Source: Eledone cirrhosa
Lineage: Eukaryota
Direction: 5' to 3'
DNA: 64,000 nt
NCBI GenBank assembly: GCA_964016885.1
Contig: OZ024743.1
Span: forward strand, 75,206,001-75,270,000
The notes under the pieces are model-generated. The model did no database searches. It worked only from the letters and a program-made list of their open reading frames with translations, and was not told the DNA's origin. The translations under genes were made by a program, and so were the position numbers. This document shows positions 41,960-53,176 of the stretch, piece after piece (the stretch's first letter is position 1; every line of letters begins with the position of its first letter).

Positions 41960-42410
41960 ACTAGACCTGAAAAATGCGCAAGCTCAAAAGAGCCACAGAA
42001 TGTTATAATAAACCTTCAAATGTGTGCGACTAGAGTTGTTGCTCAAAAACATTGTAATCATTATCTATCGTACATTCTGTGGCATCCTTTTATAAAAAAA
42101 AAAAAGAGACTCATAACGAACTCAAGACGACACGATAATTATTTAAATGAATTTATAATATAGAATTCGGTTTAAGTGCATTTCGTATTAATCATTACTA
42201 AACATCTAATATGAGATATTGAACATTAGCTTAAATAATTATCGTGTCGTCTTGAGTTCGTTATGAGTCTCTTTTTTATAAAAGGATGCCAGAGAGTGTA
42301 CGATAGATAATGATTACAATATTTTTTAGCAACAAATCTAGTCCCACACTTTGAAGGTTTATTATAACATTCTGTGGCTCTTTTGAGCTTGCGCATTTTT
42401 CAGGTCTAGT
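41960..42410. mobile_element. Fold-back/MITE with ~180-bp inverted arms
   Basis: 41960-42146 is the reverse complement of 42231-42410 with few differences. The spacer is 84 bp and AT-rich. Ends are ACTAGACCTG/CAGGTCTAGT. Confidence 0.85.
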
Positions 42411-43210
42411 GTATGTATGTATGTATGTATGTATGTATGTATGTATGTATGTATGTATGTATGTATGTATGTATGTATGTATATGTGTATGTATATATAT
42501 ATATATGTTTGTATATATCTATCTATGTATATATGTACGCACGTACGTATGTCTGTATTTATGTATGTATGTGTATGTGTGTATGTATACATGTACGTAT
42601 GTATGTATATATATATATGTACAGGTATGTATATATGTATGTATGTACATATATATGCATGTATGTATATATGTATGTGTACATGTATATATGCATGTAT
42701 ATATGCACAGTCATTCCTCACTTAAAAAATATCTTCACGCACAGGCATTGCACGATAGAATTAATTAATAATTATTAATAATGTTATATCGTGCAATGGC
42801 CATACTCGATGACGAGGGAGCAGCCATCATATATGCATGTATGTATTTGTGTGTGTGTACGCACGTACGTACGTATGTAAGTGTATGTGTGTACGTATGT
42901 CTGTGCGTACGTAGGTACGTATTTATGTATGTATGTTCGTATGTATGCATGTACACATGTACGTATGTATATACTTATGTACGTATGTATATATATATGT
43001 ATGTATGTATATCGTGTATGCTATCGTGTGTGTGTGTCTGTATAGATATGTTTGTGTGCGCGTGTGTGTGTATATATATATGTATATGTATATTATTATT
43101 GTTGTTATTATTATTATTATTATTGTTATTAATGTATATGTGAGTATGTATATATATATGTGTGTATATATGTATATGTATGTGTGTGTATATATATATA
43201 TATATATTTC
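42410..43210. repeat. (TATG)n/(TA)n/(TG)n microsatellite tracts enclosing a retroelement 3'-end fragment (~42707-42830)
   Basis: Read directly. The fragment CACTTAAAAAA..GCACAGGCAT..GCAGCCATCAT matches 41295-41440. Confidence 0.9.
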
Positions 43211-43362
43211 TTTTTTTTTTATTTTATTTTATTTTTTATTTATCTATTAATATTTTTTTTTCTCCTCGTGCAATGGCCATACTCGATAACGAGGGGGCAG
43301 CCATCATGTATGTATATATGTATGTATATATGTATGTAAGTATGCATGTATATATGTATATG

Positions 43363-43903
43363 TCAGGTCGCTCTTAAGCGCTACTGGTAACATGTAACCC
43401 AGTACGACCTGTACATGGTCGGATTGTCTGCGACTAAACCAGCAATCCCACCAAGCTTCCTTGGTGAGGAGGGTGTTATTGGGACACCCTGCAGGATGAA
43501 AGGACTCGGCAGAGGGCGGAGGAACTCAGAAGGGTCAATGGCCATCAAATAATTTTTTTTTTTTTGTGGACCCAGAGACTCCTAGTCTTCATTAAGACAT
43601 CTCTCTAGGAGAAAGTCACTCTGATATAAAACCGGCGACTTCGTCTGTATCCAATGATGTAGACCAGTTCTTCTTTTGGTGTACATACATTCAATGTTCA
43701 GAGAGTGGGATTGGCCTCATGCAAAGCATTTCATCACTTAAAAAAGCTTCAAGCACAGGCATCGCTTAATATGTGACATATTTTGTGATGCATGGTATTG
43801 TTGGCCATAGGCAAGTCCCTAGCAGGACTAAGAAGCCACGTCTGTGATGCTCATGTTTAAGTATCAAGCGATGGCATTACTCAAAATCGAGTTGCAGCCA
43901 TCA
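43363..43903 (+). mobile_element. ~540-bp non-autonomous, probably RTE-related retroelement
   Basis: GGAGAAAGTCACTCTGATATAAACC resembles RTE 5'-region motifs. The 3' end GCAGCCATCAT leads into an (ATGT)n tail. A homolog lies at 41170-41450. Confidence 0.55.
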
Positions 43904-43942
43904 TGTATGTATGTATATATGTATGTATGTACATATGAATGC

Positions 43943-43975
<33 letters not shown>

Positions 43976-44091
43976 TGTATGTATGTATGTATGTATGTAT
44001 GTATGTACGTGTGTATGTATATATGTATGCATGTACGCATATGTGTGTGTGTATGTATGTGTGTATGTACGTATGTATGTATATATGTATG

Positions 44092-44126
<35 letters not shown>

Positions 44127-44324
44127 GTATGCATGCATATATGTATGTATGTATGTACGTGTGTATGTATATATGTATGCATGTACGCATATATGTGTGT
44201 ATGTATGTACGTAAATATATGTATGTATGCATGTACGCATGTTTGTATGTACGTACGTACGTAAACATATGTATGTACGCATGTATATATGTATATACGG
44301 GAGCGTGTGTGTGTGTGTGTGTGT
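43903..44324. repeat. Degenerate (ATGT)n/(GT)n microsatellite
   Basis: Read directly. Confidence 0.95.
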
Positions 44325-44769
44325 GATCTTGTGTAAGAGATTTGTATCAAATAGTAGGTCTGAGGAAACAAAATCCTGTTCTATTCTAACTGCAGTCCTT
44401 ACATAAATCTTAAATGGCGTTCGTGTTGGGTTTCTAATTTGAAATTCTTACCAGTTCTCAATTAGAATTAATGACATCTACAACTGTTTCTTGTTGTATA
44501 AACTGGCATTAATTAACACCCAACAGTCTCCTATAACATACTGCAATTATGGCTTCCACATATCGTTTGAGACATTACCGAGTCAGGAGTAAAAGAGAGA
44601 AGAGTGTGCTGTAGTAACGGACATCTTGGGATCAATCTTATTCAAAATGACTCACAGTTTCTTATCTTTTTTCTTTTTTCTTGACAATAATTAAATAGGT
44701 TTATGTACAATAGTTTATAACTTTGCCTATTAATCCGTATGGTGAGCAAATGGGGTCCCATGTGCTGGC

Positions 44770-44975
44770 CTCCTCACAGCCCTGGCGGACAGGGTGGAGA
44801 AGGCGTTTCCCCGGAGGATGGAAAGGTAGAGGCGCTGGAAGACCATTCCAGCTCGTGAGGCTCACACATGCGGCTAGCCAGCTCAGCGCCTTTGGTGGTG
44901 AAGAGGGAGGTAGCCCTAGGGCCAATAACACCAGAAGTCTCCACTGTTAAAGGCACGACCACGAACCTGTCGGAG
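44770..44975 (-). mobile_element. Second, frameshifted CRE-like RLE fragment
   Basis: Translates as VVPLTVETSGVIGPRATSLFTTKGAELASRMCEPHELEW. DNA is similar to 39810-40010. Confidence 0.75.
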
Positions 44976-44980
44976 AGCGC

Positions 44981-47900
44981 ACTGTTGTCTCACACTTTCT
45001 TATCTTCCTGGCATTGCACTGTTGTCTCAGGTGAAATGACTGTCATCTCATTCTTGTGTCAATGACTCACAGGTTCTTATCTTCCTGGCATTGCACTGTT
45101 GTCTCAGGTGAAATGACTGTCATCTCATTCTTCTATCAATGACTCACAGTTTCTTATCTTCCTGGCATTGCACTGTTGTCTCAGGTGAAATGACTGTCAT
45201 CTCATTCTTGTGTCAATGACTCACAGGTTCTTATCTTCCTGGCATTGCACTGTTGTCTCAGGTGAAATGACTGTCATCTCATTCTTGTGTCAATGACTCA
45301 CAGGTTCTTATCTTCCTGGCATTGCACTGTTGTCTCAGGTGAAATGACTGTCATCTCATTCTTGTGTCAATGACTCACAGGTTCTTATCTTCCTGGCATT
45401 GCACTGTTGTCTCAGGTGAAATGACTGTCATCTCATTCTTGTGTCAATGACTCACAGGTTCTTATCTTCCTGGCATTGCACTGTTGTCTCAGGTGAAATG
45501 ACTGTCATCTCATTCTTGTGTCAATGACTCACAGGTTCTTATCTTCCTGGCATTGCACTGTTGTCTCAGGTGAAATGACTGTCATCTCATTCTTGTGTCA
45601 ATGACTCACAGGTTCTTATCTTCCTGGCATTGCACTGTTGTCTCAGGTGAAATGACTGTCATCTCATTCTTGTGTCAATGACTCACAGGTTCTTATCTTC
45701 CTGGCATTGCACTGTTGTCTCAGGTGAAATGACTGTCATCTCATTCTTGTGTCAATGACTCACAGGTTCTTATCTTCCTGGCATTGCACTGTTGTCTCAG
45801 GTGAAATGACTGTCATCTCATTCTTCTATCAATGACTCACAGGTTCTTATCTTCCTGGCATTGCACTGTTGTCTCAGGTGAAATGACTGTCATCTCATTC
45901 TTGTGTCAATGACTCACAGGTTCTTATCTTCCTGGCATTGCACTGTTGTCTCAGGTGAAATGACTGTCATCTCATTCTTGTGTCAATGACTCACAGGTTC
46001 TTATCTTCCTGGCATTGCACTGTTGTCTCAGGTGAAATGACTGTCATCTCATTCTTGTGTCAATGACTCACAGGTTCTTATCTTCCTGGCATTGCACTGT
46101 TGTCTCAGGTGAAATGACTGTCATCTCATTCTTGTGTCAATGACTCACAGGTTCTTATCTTCCTGGCATTGCACTGTTGTCTCAGGTGAAATGACTGTCA
46201 TCTCATTCTTGTGTCAATGACTCACAGGTTCTTATCTTCCTGGCATTGCACTGTTGTCTCAGGTGAAATGACTGTCATCTCATTCTTGTGTCAATGACTC
46301 ACAGGTTCTTATCTTCCTGGCATTGCACTGTTGTCTCAGGTGAAATGACTGTCATCTCATTCTTGTGTCAATGACTCACAGGTTCTTATCTTCCTGGCAT
46401 TGCACTGTTGTCTCAGGTGAAATGACTGTCATCTCATTCTTCTATCAATGACTCACAGTTTCTTATCTTCCTCACATTGCACTGTTGTCTCAGGTGAAAT
46501 GACTGTCATCTCATTCTTGTGTCAATGACTCACAGGTTCTTATCTTCCTGGCATTGCACTGTTGTCTCAGGTGAAATGACTGTCATCTCATTCTTGTGTC
46601 AATGACTCACAGGTTCTTATCTTCCTGGCATTGCACTGTTGTCTCAGGTGAAATGACTGTCATCTCATTCTTCTATCAATGACTCACAGTTTCTTATCTT
46701 CCTGGCATTGCACTGTTGTCTCAGGTGAAATGACTGTCATCTCATTCTTGTGTCAATGACTCACAGGTTCTTATCTTCCTGGCATTGCACTGTTGTCTCA
46801 GGTGAAATGACTGTCATCTCATTCTTGTGTCAATGACTCACAGGTTCTTATCTTCCTGGCATTGCACTGTTGTCTCAGGTGAAATGACTGTCATCTCATT
46901 CTTGTGTCAATGACTCACAGGTTCTTATCTTCCTGGCATTGCACTGTTGTCTCAGGTGAAATGACTGTCATCTCATTCTTCTATCAATGACTCACAGTTT
47001 CTTATCTTCCTCACATTGCACTGTTGTCTCAGGTGAAATGACTGTCATCTCATTCTTGTGTCAATGACTCACAGGTTCTTATCTTCCTGGCATTGCACTG
47101 TTGTCTCAGGTGAAATGACTGTCATCTCATTCTTGTGTCAATGACTCACAGGTTCTTATCTTCCTGGCATTGCACTGTTGTCTCAGGTGAAATGACTGTC
47201 ATCTCATTCTTCTATCAATGACTCACAGTTTCTTATCTTCCTGGCATTGCACTGTTGTCTCAGGTGAAATGACTGTCATCTCATTCTTGTGTCAATGACT
47301 CACAGGTTCTTATCTTCCTGGCATTGCACTGTTGTCTCAGGTGAAATGACTGTCATCTCATTCTTGTGTCAATGACTCACAGTTTCTTATCTTCCTGGCA
47401 TTGCACTGTTGTCTCAGGTGAAATGACTGTCATCTCATTCTTGTGTCAATGACTCACAGGTTCTTATCTTCCTGGCATTGCACTGTTGTCTCAGGTGAAA
47501 TGACTGTCATCTCATTCTTGTGTCAATGACTCACAGGTTCTTATCTTCCTGGCATTGCACTGTTGTCTCAGGTGAAATGACTGTCATCTCATTCTTGTGT
47601 CAATGACTCACAGGTTCTTATCTTCCTCACATTGCACTGTTGTCTCAGGTGAAATGACTGTCATCTCATTCTTGTGTCAATGACTCACAGTTTCTTATCT
47701 TCCTGGCATTGCACTGTTGTCTCATGTGAAATGACTGTCATCTCATTCTTGTGTCAATGACTCACAGGTTCTTATCTTCCTGGCATTGCACTGTTGTCTC
47801 AGGTGAAATGACTGTCATCTCATTCTTGTGTCAATGACTCACAGGTTCTTATCTTCCTGGCATTGCACTGTTGTCTCAGGTGAAATGACTGTCATCTCAT

Positions 47901-48754
47901 TCTTGTGTCAATGACTCACAGGTTCTTATCTTCCTGGCATTGCACTGTTGTCTCAGGTGAAATGACTGTCATCTCATTCTTCTATCAATGACTCACAGTT
48001 TCTTATCTTCCTGGCATTGCACTGTTGTCTCAGGTGAAATGACTGTCATCTCATTCTTGTGTCAATGACTCACAGGTTCTTATCTTCCTGGCATTGCACT
48101 GTTGTCTCAGGTGAAATGACTGTCATCTCATTCTTGTGTCAATGACTCACAGGTTCTTATCTTCCTGGCATTGCACTGTTGTCTCAGGTGAAATGACTGT
48201 CATCTCATTCTTCTATCAATGACTCACAGTTTCTTATCTTCCTGGCATTGCACTGTTGTCTCAGGTGAAATGACTGTCATCTCATTCTTGTGTCAATGAC
48301 TCACAGGTTCTTATCTTCCTGGCATTGCACTGTTGTCTCAGGTGAAATGACTGTCATCTCATTCTTCTATCAATGACTCACAGTTTCTTATCTTCCTGGC
48401 ATTGCACTGTTGTCTCAGGTGAAATGACTGTCATCTCATTCTTGTGTCAATGACTCACAGGTTCTTATCTTCCTGGCATTGCACTGTTGTCTCAGGTGAA
48501 ATGACTGTCATCTCATTCTTGTGTCAATGACTCACAGGTTCTTATCTTCCTGGCATTGCACTGTTGTCTCAGGTGAAATGACTGTCATCTCATTCTTGTG
48601 TCAATGACTCACAGGTTCTTATCTTCCTGGCATTGCACTGTTGTCTCAGGTGAAATGACTGTCATCTCATTCTTGTGTCAATGACTCACAGTTTCTTATC
48701 TTCCTGGCATTGCACTGTTGTTTCAGGTTATATGACTCATCTTATTCTTCTATC
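44981..48754. repeat. 77-bp minisatellite TTCTTATCTTCCTGGCATTGCACTGTTGTCTCAGGTGAAATGACTGTCATCTCATTCTTGTGTCAATGACTCACAGG, ~49 copies
   Basis: Period 77 (45001, 45078...). Units are near-identical, with two main variants. Confidence 0.98.
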
Positions 48755-48826
48755 TATTTCATATCTTTCGTAACCCCATCTGTACTATTTCGTTCATTCC
48801 TGTTGTAAAATAGAGCAACTAAGGCC

Positions 48827-48955
48827 CACTTATACTTAGACCAGTGGCCTGACTAGGCACAGATAATCCTTGACCAATGGCCTGACTAGATACAGTTATA
48901 CAAATGGCTTGACTAGGTACACTTATACTTAGACCAATGGTCTGACTAGGTACAC
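48827..48955. repeat. Degenerate ~30-33-bp tandem repeat, 4 copies (core TGGCCTGACTAG)
   Basis: Read directly. Confidence 0.75.
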
Positions 48956-48996
48956 AAAGATAAATGAACTCCACTGCTTAGTACAGAGTTGATAAT

Positions 48997-49190
48997 AGTT
49001 TCTGATTTAGGCACAAGGCCAGCAATTTGGGGAAGGGGAAAGTTGAATAAATCTACCCCAATGCATAACTGGTACTTTATTTTATCGACCCCGTAAGAAT
49101 GAAAGGCAAAGCTAACCGCGGTGGGATTTGAAATTTGAACGTAAAGAGCAGAGTGCCCGGCGCTCTACCGATACTGCCAAATCCCCGCCC
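48997..49190 (-). mobile_element. tRNA-derived SINE (short form)
   Basis: Reverse complement of GGGCGGGGATTTGGCAGTATCGGTAGAG...TTTGCCTTTCATTC...GGGGTCGATAAAATAAAGTACCAG...TTGCTGGCCTTGTGCC. Confidence 0.85.
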
Positions 49191-49593
49191 TATAGTGCAG
49201 AGAAAATAACACGAGACAGGTTAGATTTATACAGCTTTGTTAAACACCTCGTACAGTCGAGATCGTCCGTAAAATCGGATCGATAGCAGCCCGTCTGAGG
49301 GATGAATCCATGAGGTGGGGTGGCTGTTGCAGCGGGTATCACTGGCCATTGTCCGCAGAAATACCTCTGCAGTTGTGTCCGCAGGACGCAGGCGAAACAC
49401 TTCCCCGCCCTAGGCACTGAGTCTATCACCTTCTCCCCTCCCCTCTCTTTTTCTCGTTGTCTAATAGTCCTTGTTCTTTCCCTCCTTTTCTTCTCATTTA
49501 TGTCATTTACTCTACTTTCCTATGCAGCCAGATCTGCACTTCTTTACCACTTCTTCTATTTTTCATTACTTAATTTTGCTTTTATCCTTTTTG

Positions 49594-50537
49594 TAATATT
49601 TCCACCATTGTATAACTTGTGTAAAATATAGTTGACATAATATGTTTATGTAAAACAGATACCAAAATATTTCCATCACTGTATAACTTGTGTAAAATAT
49701 AGTTGACATAATATGTTTATGTAAAACAGATAACCTAATATTTCCACCATTGTATAACTTGTGTAAAATATAGTTGACATAATATGTTTATGTAAAACAG
49801 ATAAGCTAATATTTCCATCACTGTATAACTTGTGTAAAATATAGTTGACATAATATGTTTATGTAAAACAGATACCAAAATATTTCCATCACTGTATAAC
49901 TTGTGTAAAATATAGTTGACATAATATGTTTATGTAAAACAGATAAGCTAATATTTCCACCATTGTATAACTTGTGTAAAATATAGTTGACATAATATGT
50001 TTATGTAAAACAGATAAGCTAATATTTCCACCATTGTATAACTTGTGTAAAATATAGTTAACATAATATGTTTATGTAAAACAGATAACCTAATATTTCC
50101 ACCATTGTATAACTTGTGTAAAATATAGTTGACATAATATGTTTATGTAAAACAGATAAGCTAATATTTCCACCATTGTATAACTTGCGTAAAATATAGT
50201 TGACATAATATGTTTATGTAAAACAGATAACCAAATATTTCCATCACTGTATAACTTGTGTAAAATATAGTTGACATAATATGTTTATGTAAAACAGATA
50301 CCAAAATATTTCCACCACTGTATAACTTGTGTAAAATATAGTTGACATAATATGTTTATGTAAAACAGATAACCTAATATTTCCACCATTGTATAACTTG
50401 TGTAAAATATAGTTGACATAATATGTTTATGTAAAACAGATAACCTAATATTTCCACCATTGTATAACTTGTGTAAAATATAGTTGACATAATATGATTA
50501 TGTAAAACAGATAACCTAATATTTCCACCATTGTATA
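49594..50537. repeat. 71-bp AT-rich minisatellite, ~13 copies
   Basis: Unit TAATATTTCCACCATTGTATAACTTGTGTAAAATATAGTTGACATAATATGTTTATGTAAAACAGATAACC, period 71. Confidence 0.97.
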
Positions 50538-50634
50538 GATTCATATTTATTAAACATTTCGAACTGTTAAACAAATGAACCAGTAAGAAATGATGGTAAC
50601 AAAACAACAAAGAATGTTTCAAGAGATATCTAAC

Positions 50635-50745
50635 GCAGTTGGACAAAATACATTTAATTACGGTTCTTTACGTTCTGAGTTCAAATCCCACTAAAGTCAA
50701 CTTTGTCTTTCCTCCTTCCAAAGTTAATAAAATAAAATACCAGGG
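50635..50745 (+). mobile_element. SINE fragment
   Basis: TTTACGTTCTGAGTTCAAATCCC...GTCAACTTTGTCTTTCCTCC...AATAAAATACCAG. Confidence 0.7.
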
Positions 50746-50887
50746 AAGTATTTTACTAAATCCCTCAATGTTCTGTATTATTTTCAAAATTATTTGAATA
50801 TCATATACAGTAGTTTTCATTAGAAATTGGTAAGAAAAAGATTAAATTAAAGGGAGCAGTATTGGAAAAAACTTTAAACAAATATCA

Positions 50888-51030
50888 GTTGCAGAGTCGT
50901 TAGAACGTCAGATATAATGTTTACTAGTATTTGTTTCGGCTCTCTGAGTTTAAATCTCACCGAGGTTACCTTTACCTTTGATCCATTTAAGTTCGATAAA
51001 AAAAGTACCTGTCTAGTACTGGATCGATTC
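50888..51030 (+). mobile_element. Long-form SINE 5' half with a single unexpanded satellite-like head
   Basis: GCAGAGTCGTTAGAACGTCAGATATAATGTTTACTAGTATTTGTTTCGGCTCTCTGAGTTTAAATC is colinear with 38933-39000. Confidence 0.88.
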
Positions 51031-51031
51031 T

Positions 51032-51750
51032 TATAATAATAATAATATAATTATTGTATACAGTGCTCAGGTGCACTACAACTCATCAAAGGTGCATGTA
51101 TAGTTCATAAAATAATATACAAATGTCAGGGAAGTGAATAGTGTATGAGTCATGATATACATGTGTGCATGTGTATGGAGGGGGAAATTAGGTGTAGTGT
51201 TGGCGAATCTCAGGAGGCATGGAGGTTTTAAAGGATGCAGTATCTCGACAGCTAATAACTGATAATAATAATAATAATGAAATTATTGTGTAAAGTGCTC
51301 AGGTGCACTACAACTCGTCAATATAGTACATAGAATAATACACAAATGCCAGGGAAGTACATGTTTGTATGTGTTAGCTGTAGTGTTGGCGGATCTCGGG
51401 AAGCATGGAGGCCTTAAAGGATGCAGTGTCTCGACAGCTAACAACTGATGCAGGTAGTTTGTTCCATGCTTCAGCAACTCTGAGCGTGAAAAAATGTTTC
51501 CGAAAGTCATGGGAACTGTGCTGTTTTCTTACTTTGTGGGCATGTTCACGTGTGTTAGACACATGGAAATCGAAAAGGCACTCAGGGTTGTTGTTGGCAA
51601 CATGGTTAACAATTTTGATGCAAGTAGTTTGTTCCATGCTTCAGCAACTCTGAGCGTGAAAAAATGTTTCCGAAAGTTATGGGAGATGTGCTGTTTTCTG
51701 ACTTTGTTGGCATGCCCACGTGTATTAGACACATGGAAATCAAAAAGGTA
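51032..51750 (-). mobile_element. Cluster of CR1/L2-group LINE 3'-end fragments
   Basis: Translates as NTREHAHKVRKQHSSHDFRKHFFTLRVAEAWNKLP. Has (ATT)n tails and an internal ~180-bp offset duplication. Confidence 0.85.
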
Positions 51751-51751
51751 C

Positions 51752-51880
51752 TCTCTATCTGGAAGAAATCTGCTGTATTCAGACCTGGTGAGGAGATGAA
51801 CTCCACCGGGTTTTAAAATGCCTTAGAAACGTCGTATGTGAATATGGCGACCCTATTACTACCTCAGGAATTACGGGCTT
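51752..51880 (+). mobile_element. 3' half of the long-form SINE split by the CR1 insertions
   Basis: CTGGAAGAAATCTGCTGTAT..GGAGATGA..CTCC..TAGAAAC..TTACGGG matches 39129-39256. Confidence 0.75.
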
Positions 51881-52018
51881 CTATATCTATTCTTTATTTT
51901 TAGATGACTCATCAATTTTACAGTCAAGGGGAGATAAATATAAAACCATAGGCAAGTAAGATTCATTTCCCTTGCTAAAACTTATGACCTTGCTGTATCT
52001 GAGCACAGCCGAGTTCTC

Positions 52019-52420
52019 TTAGTGAGATTGGTCCACTACTTGGATCTCTTGAAGCACTGAAAGTCGCTGCATACGAGGCGGAACACAGCTTTCTTCTCGT
52101 GACAAGATGGCTGAGCTAAGTGAGTTTGATACATGGATCTCTTCGTCACCAGCAATCCAGCAGGTCTTCAATGTTCTTGTTTTTGTTAAACTAGTGTTTG
52201 TTCTTCTTTGTTCTTCTTTCCCAGATGTCTGCAGAATGGCAGTTTGGAGTTGTTCTGAAAGTGTTTCAGGAAAGGGATCAGTGGGGACGTTTTCATTTTC
52301 AAGCTTCGTCTGAGGGGCTGCCTGGAAGTTAACTTTCACATCAGCTGACAGGAAACTGCCAACCTTGAACTTTTTCCTGGGGGACCCTCCTTTCTTCGGT
52401 TTGGATTTAAAGTAGAGTTT
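52019..52420 (-). other. Unassigned open frame of ~130 codons
   Basis: The listed 106-aa ORF extends upstream in frame (LYFKSKPKKGGSPRKKFKVGSF...). No recognisable domain and no clear splice sites. Confidence 0.2.
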
Positions 52421-52999
52421 TTAGCGAACGAAGCGATGTTCTGTGTGGAATAGCGCTCTGGGCATCACTCTGGTATGCATGACGCCTTCCAGGTTACACT
52501 GGTGCACTAGAATATATTCAATGAGGTGCCCCTAGATGTCACCATGACAGGTACTTCCGCCCTGGGCCCGAGCGGACCTGGGAGTAATGGGGACTAAGGG
52601 GTAACTCCATACTCCCCAGAACCCCAGAACTCTCGAACTAGAGATCACGATCATGTAAAAAGAATGATCGGACATGCGGTGGGGGTGGGTATTGAAACTC
52701 TTCTAATGGGTCACGTGTTTAAATTCAATAATAAAACATACGCCCATGAGGAAGGAATGGCCCTCGGCATCAGCGTCTATTTATGGTGTGTTAGGACAGA
52801 AGACTCAAGGAACGCTTAGCTGAGAACTCCATAGCCATAGTCATAGCTATGTTGACGATATTAATATAGTAGTTAAAACTACCCCACGAGAGAGTACCCA
52901 CGAATCGGAACTAGAAGCTAGTGCTATGGAGAGTATCTAGAAAATAGTTAAGTTCCCCCACCAAAGCATCAAGGTAACAGTAGACCACCTCACTAAGCA

Positions 53000-53019
53000 C
53001 ACTACACCTGATATCCCTC

Positions 53020-53054
<35 letters not shown>

Positions 53055-53172
53055 TATCATTACTCATACAGAGTTCACTTTACTGACATTTGTATATTAT
53101 TCTATGTACTATATATGCACATTTGATGAGTTGTAGTGTACCTGAGCACTGTACACAATAATTTAATTTCAT
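53000..53172 (+). mobile_element. CR1-like 3' UTR fragment with (CA)n
   Basis: CACTACACCTGATAT..GATGAGTTGTAGTGTACCTGAGCACTGTACACAATAA. Confidence 0.8.
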
Positions 53173-53176
53173 TATA

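Noticed and set aside
40469-44371. Poly-E, poly-S and MYVC/YIHT ORFs
   Set aside because: They are translations of microsatellites.
49374-49400. Type III hammerhead from GTGTC...GAAACAC
   Set aside because: Only 14 nt lie between the strands and the CUGANGA core is absent.
1-50537. CRISPR arrays
   Set aside because: Units are head-to-tail with no unique spacers, there are no cas genes, and the context is eukaryotic.
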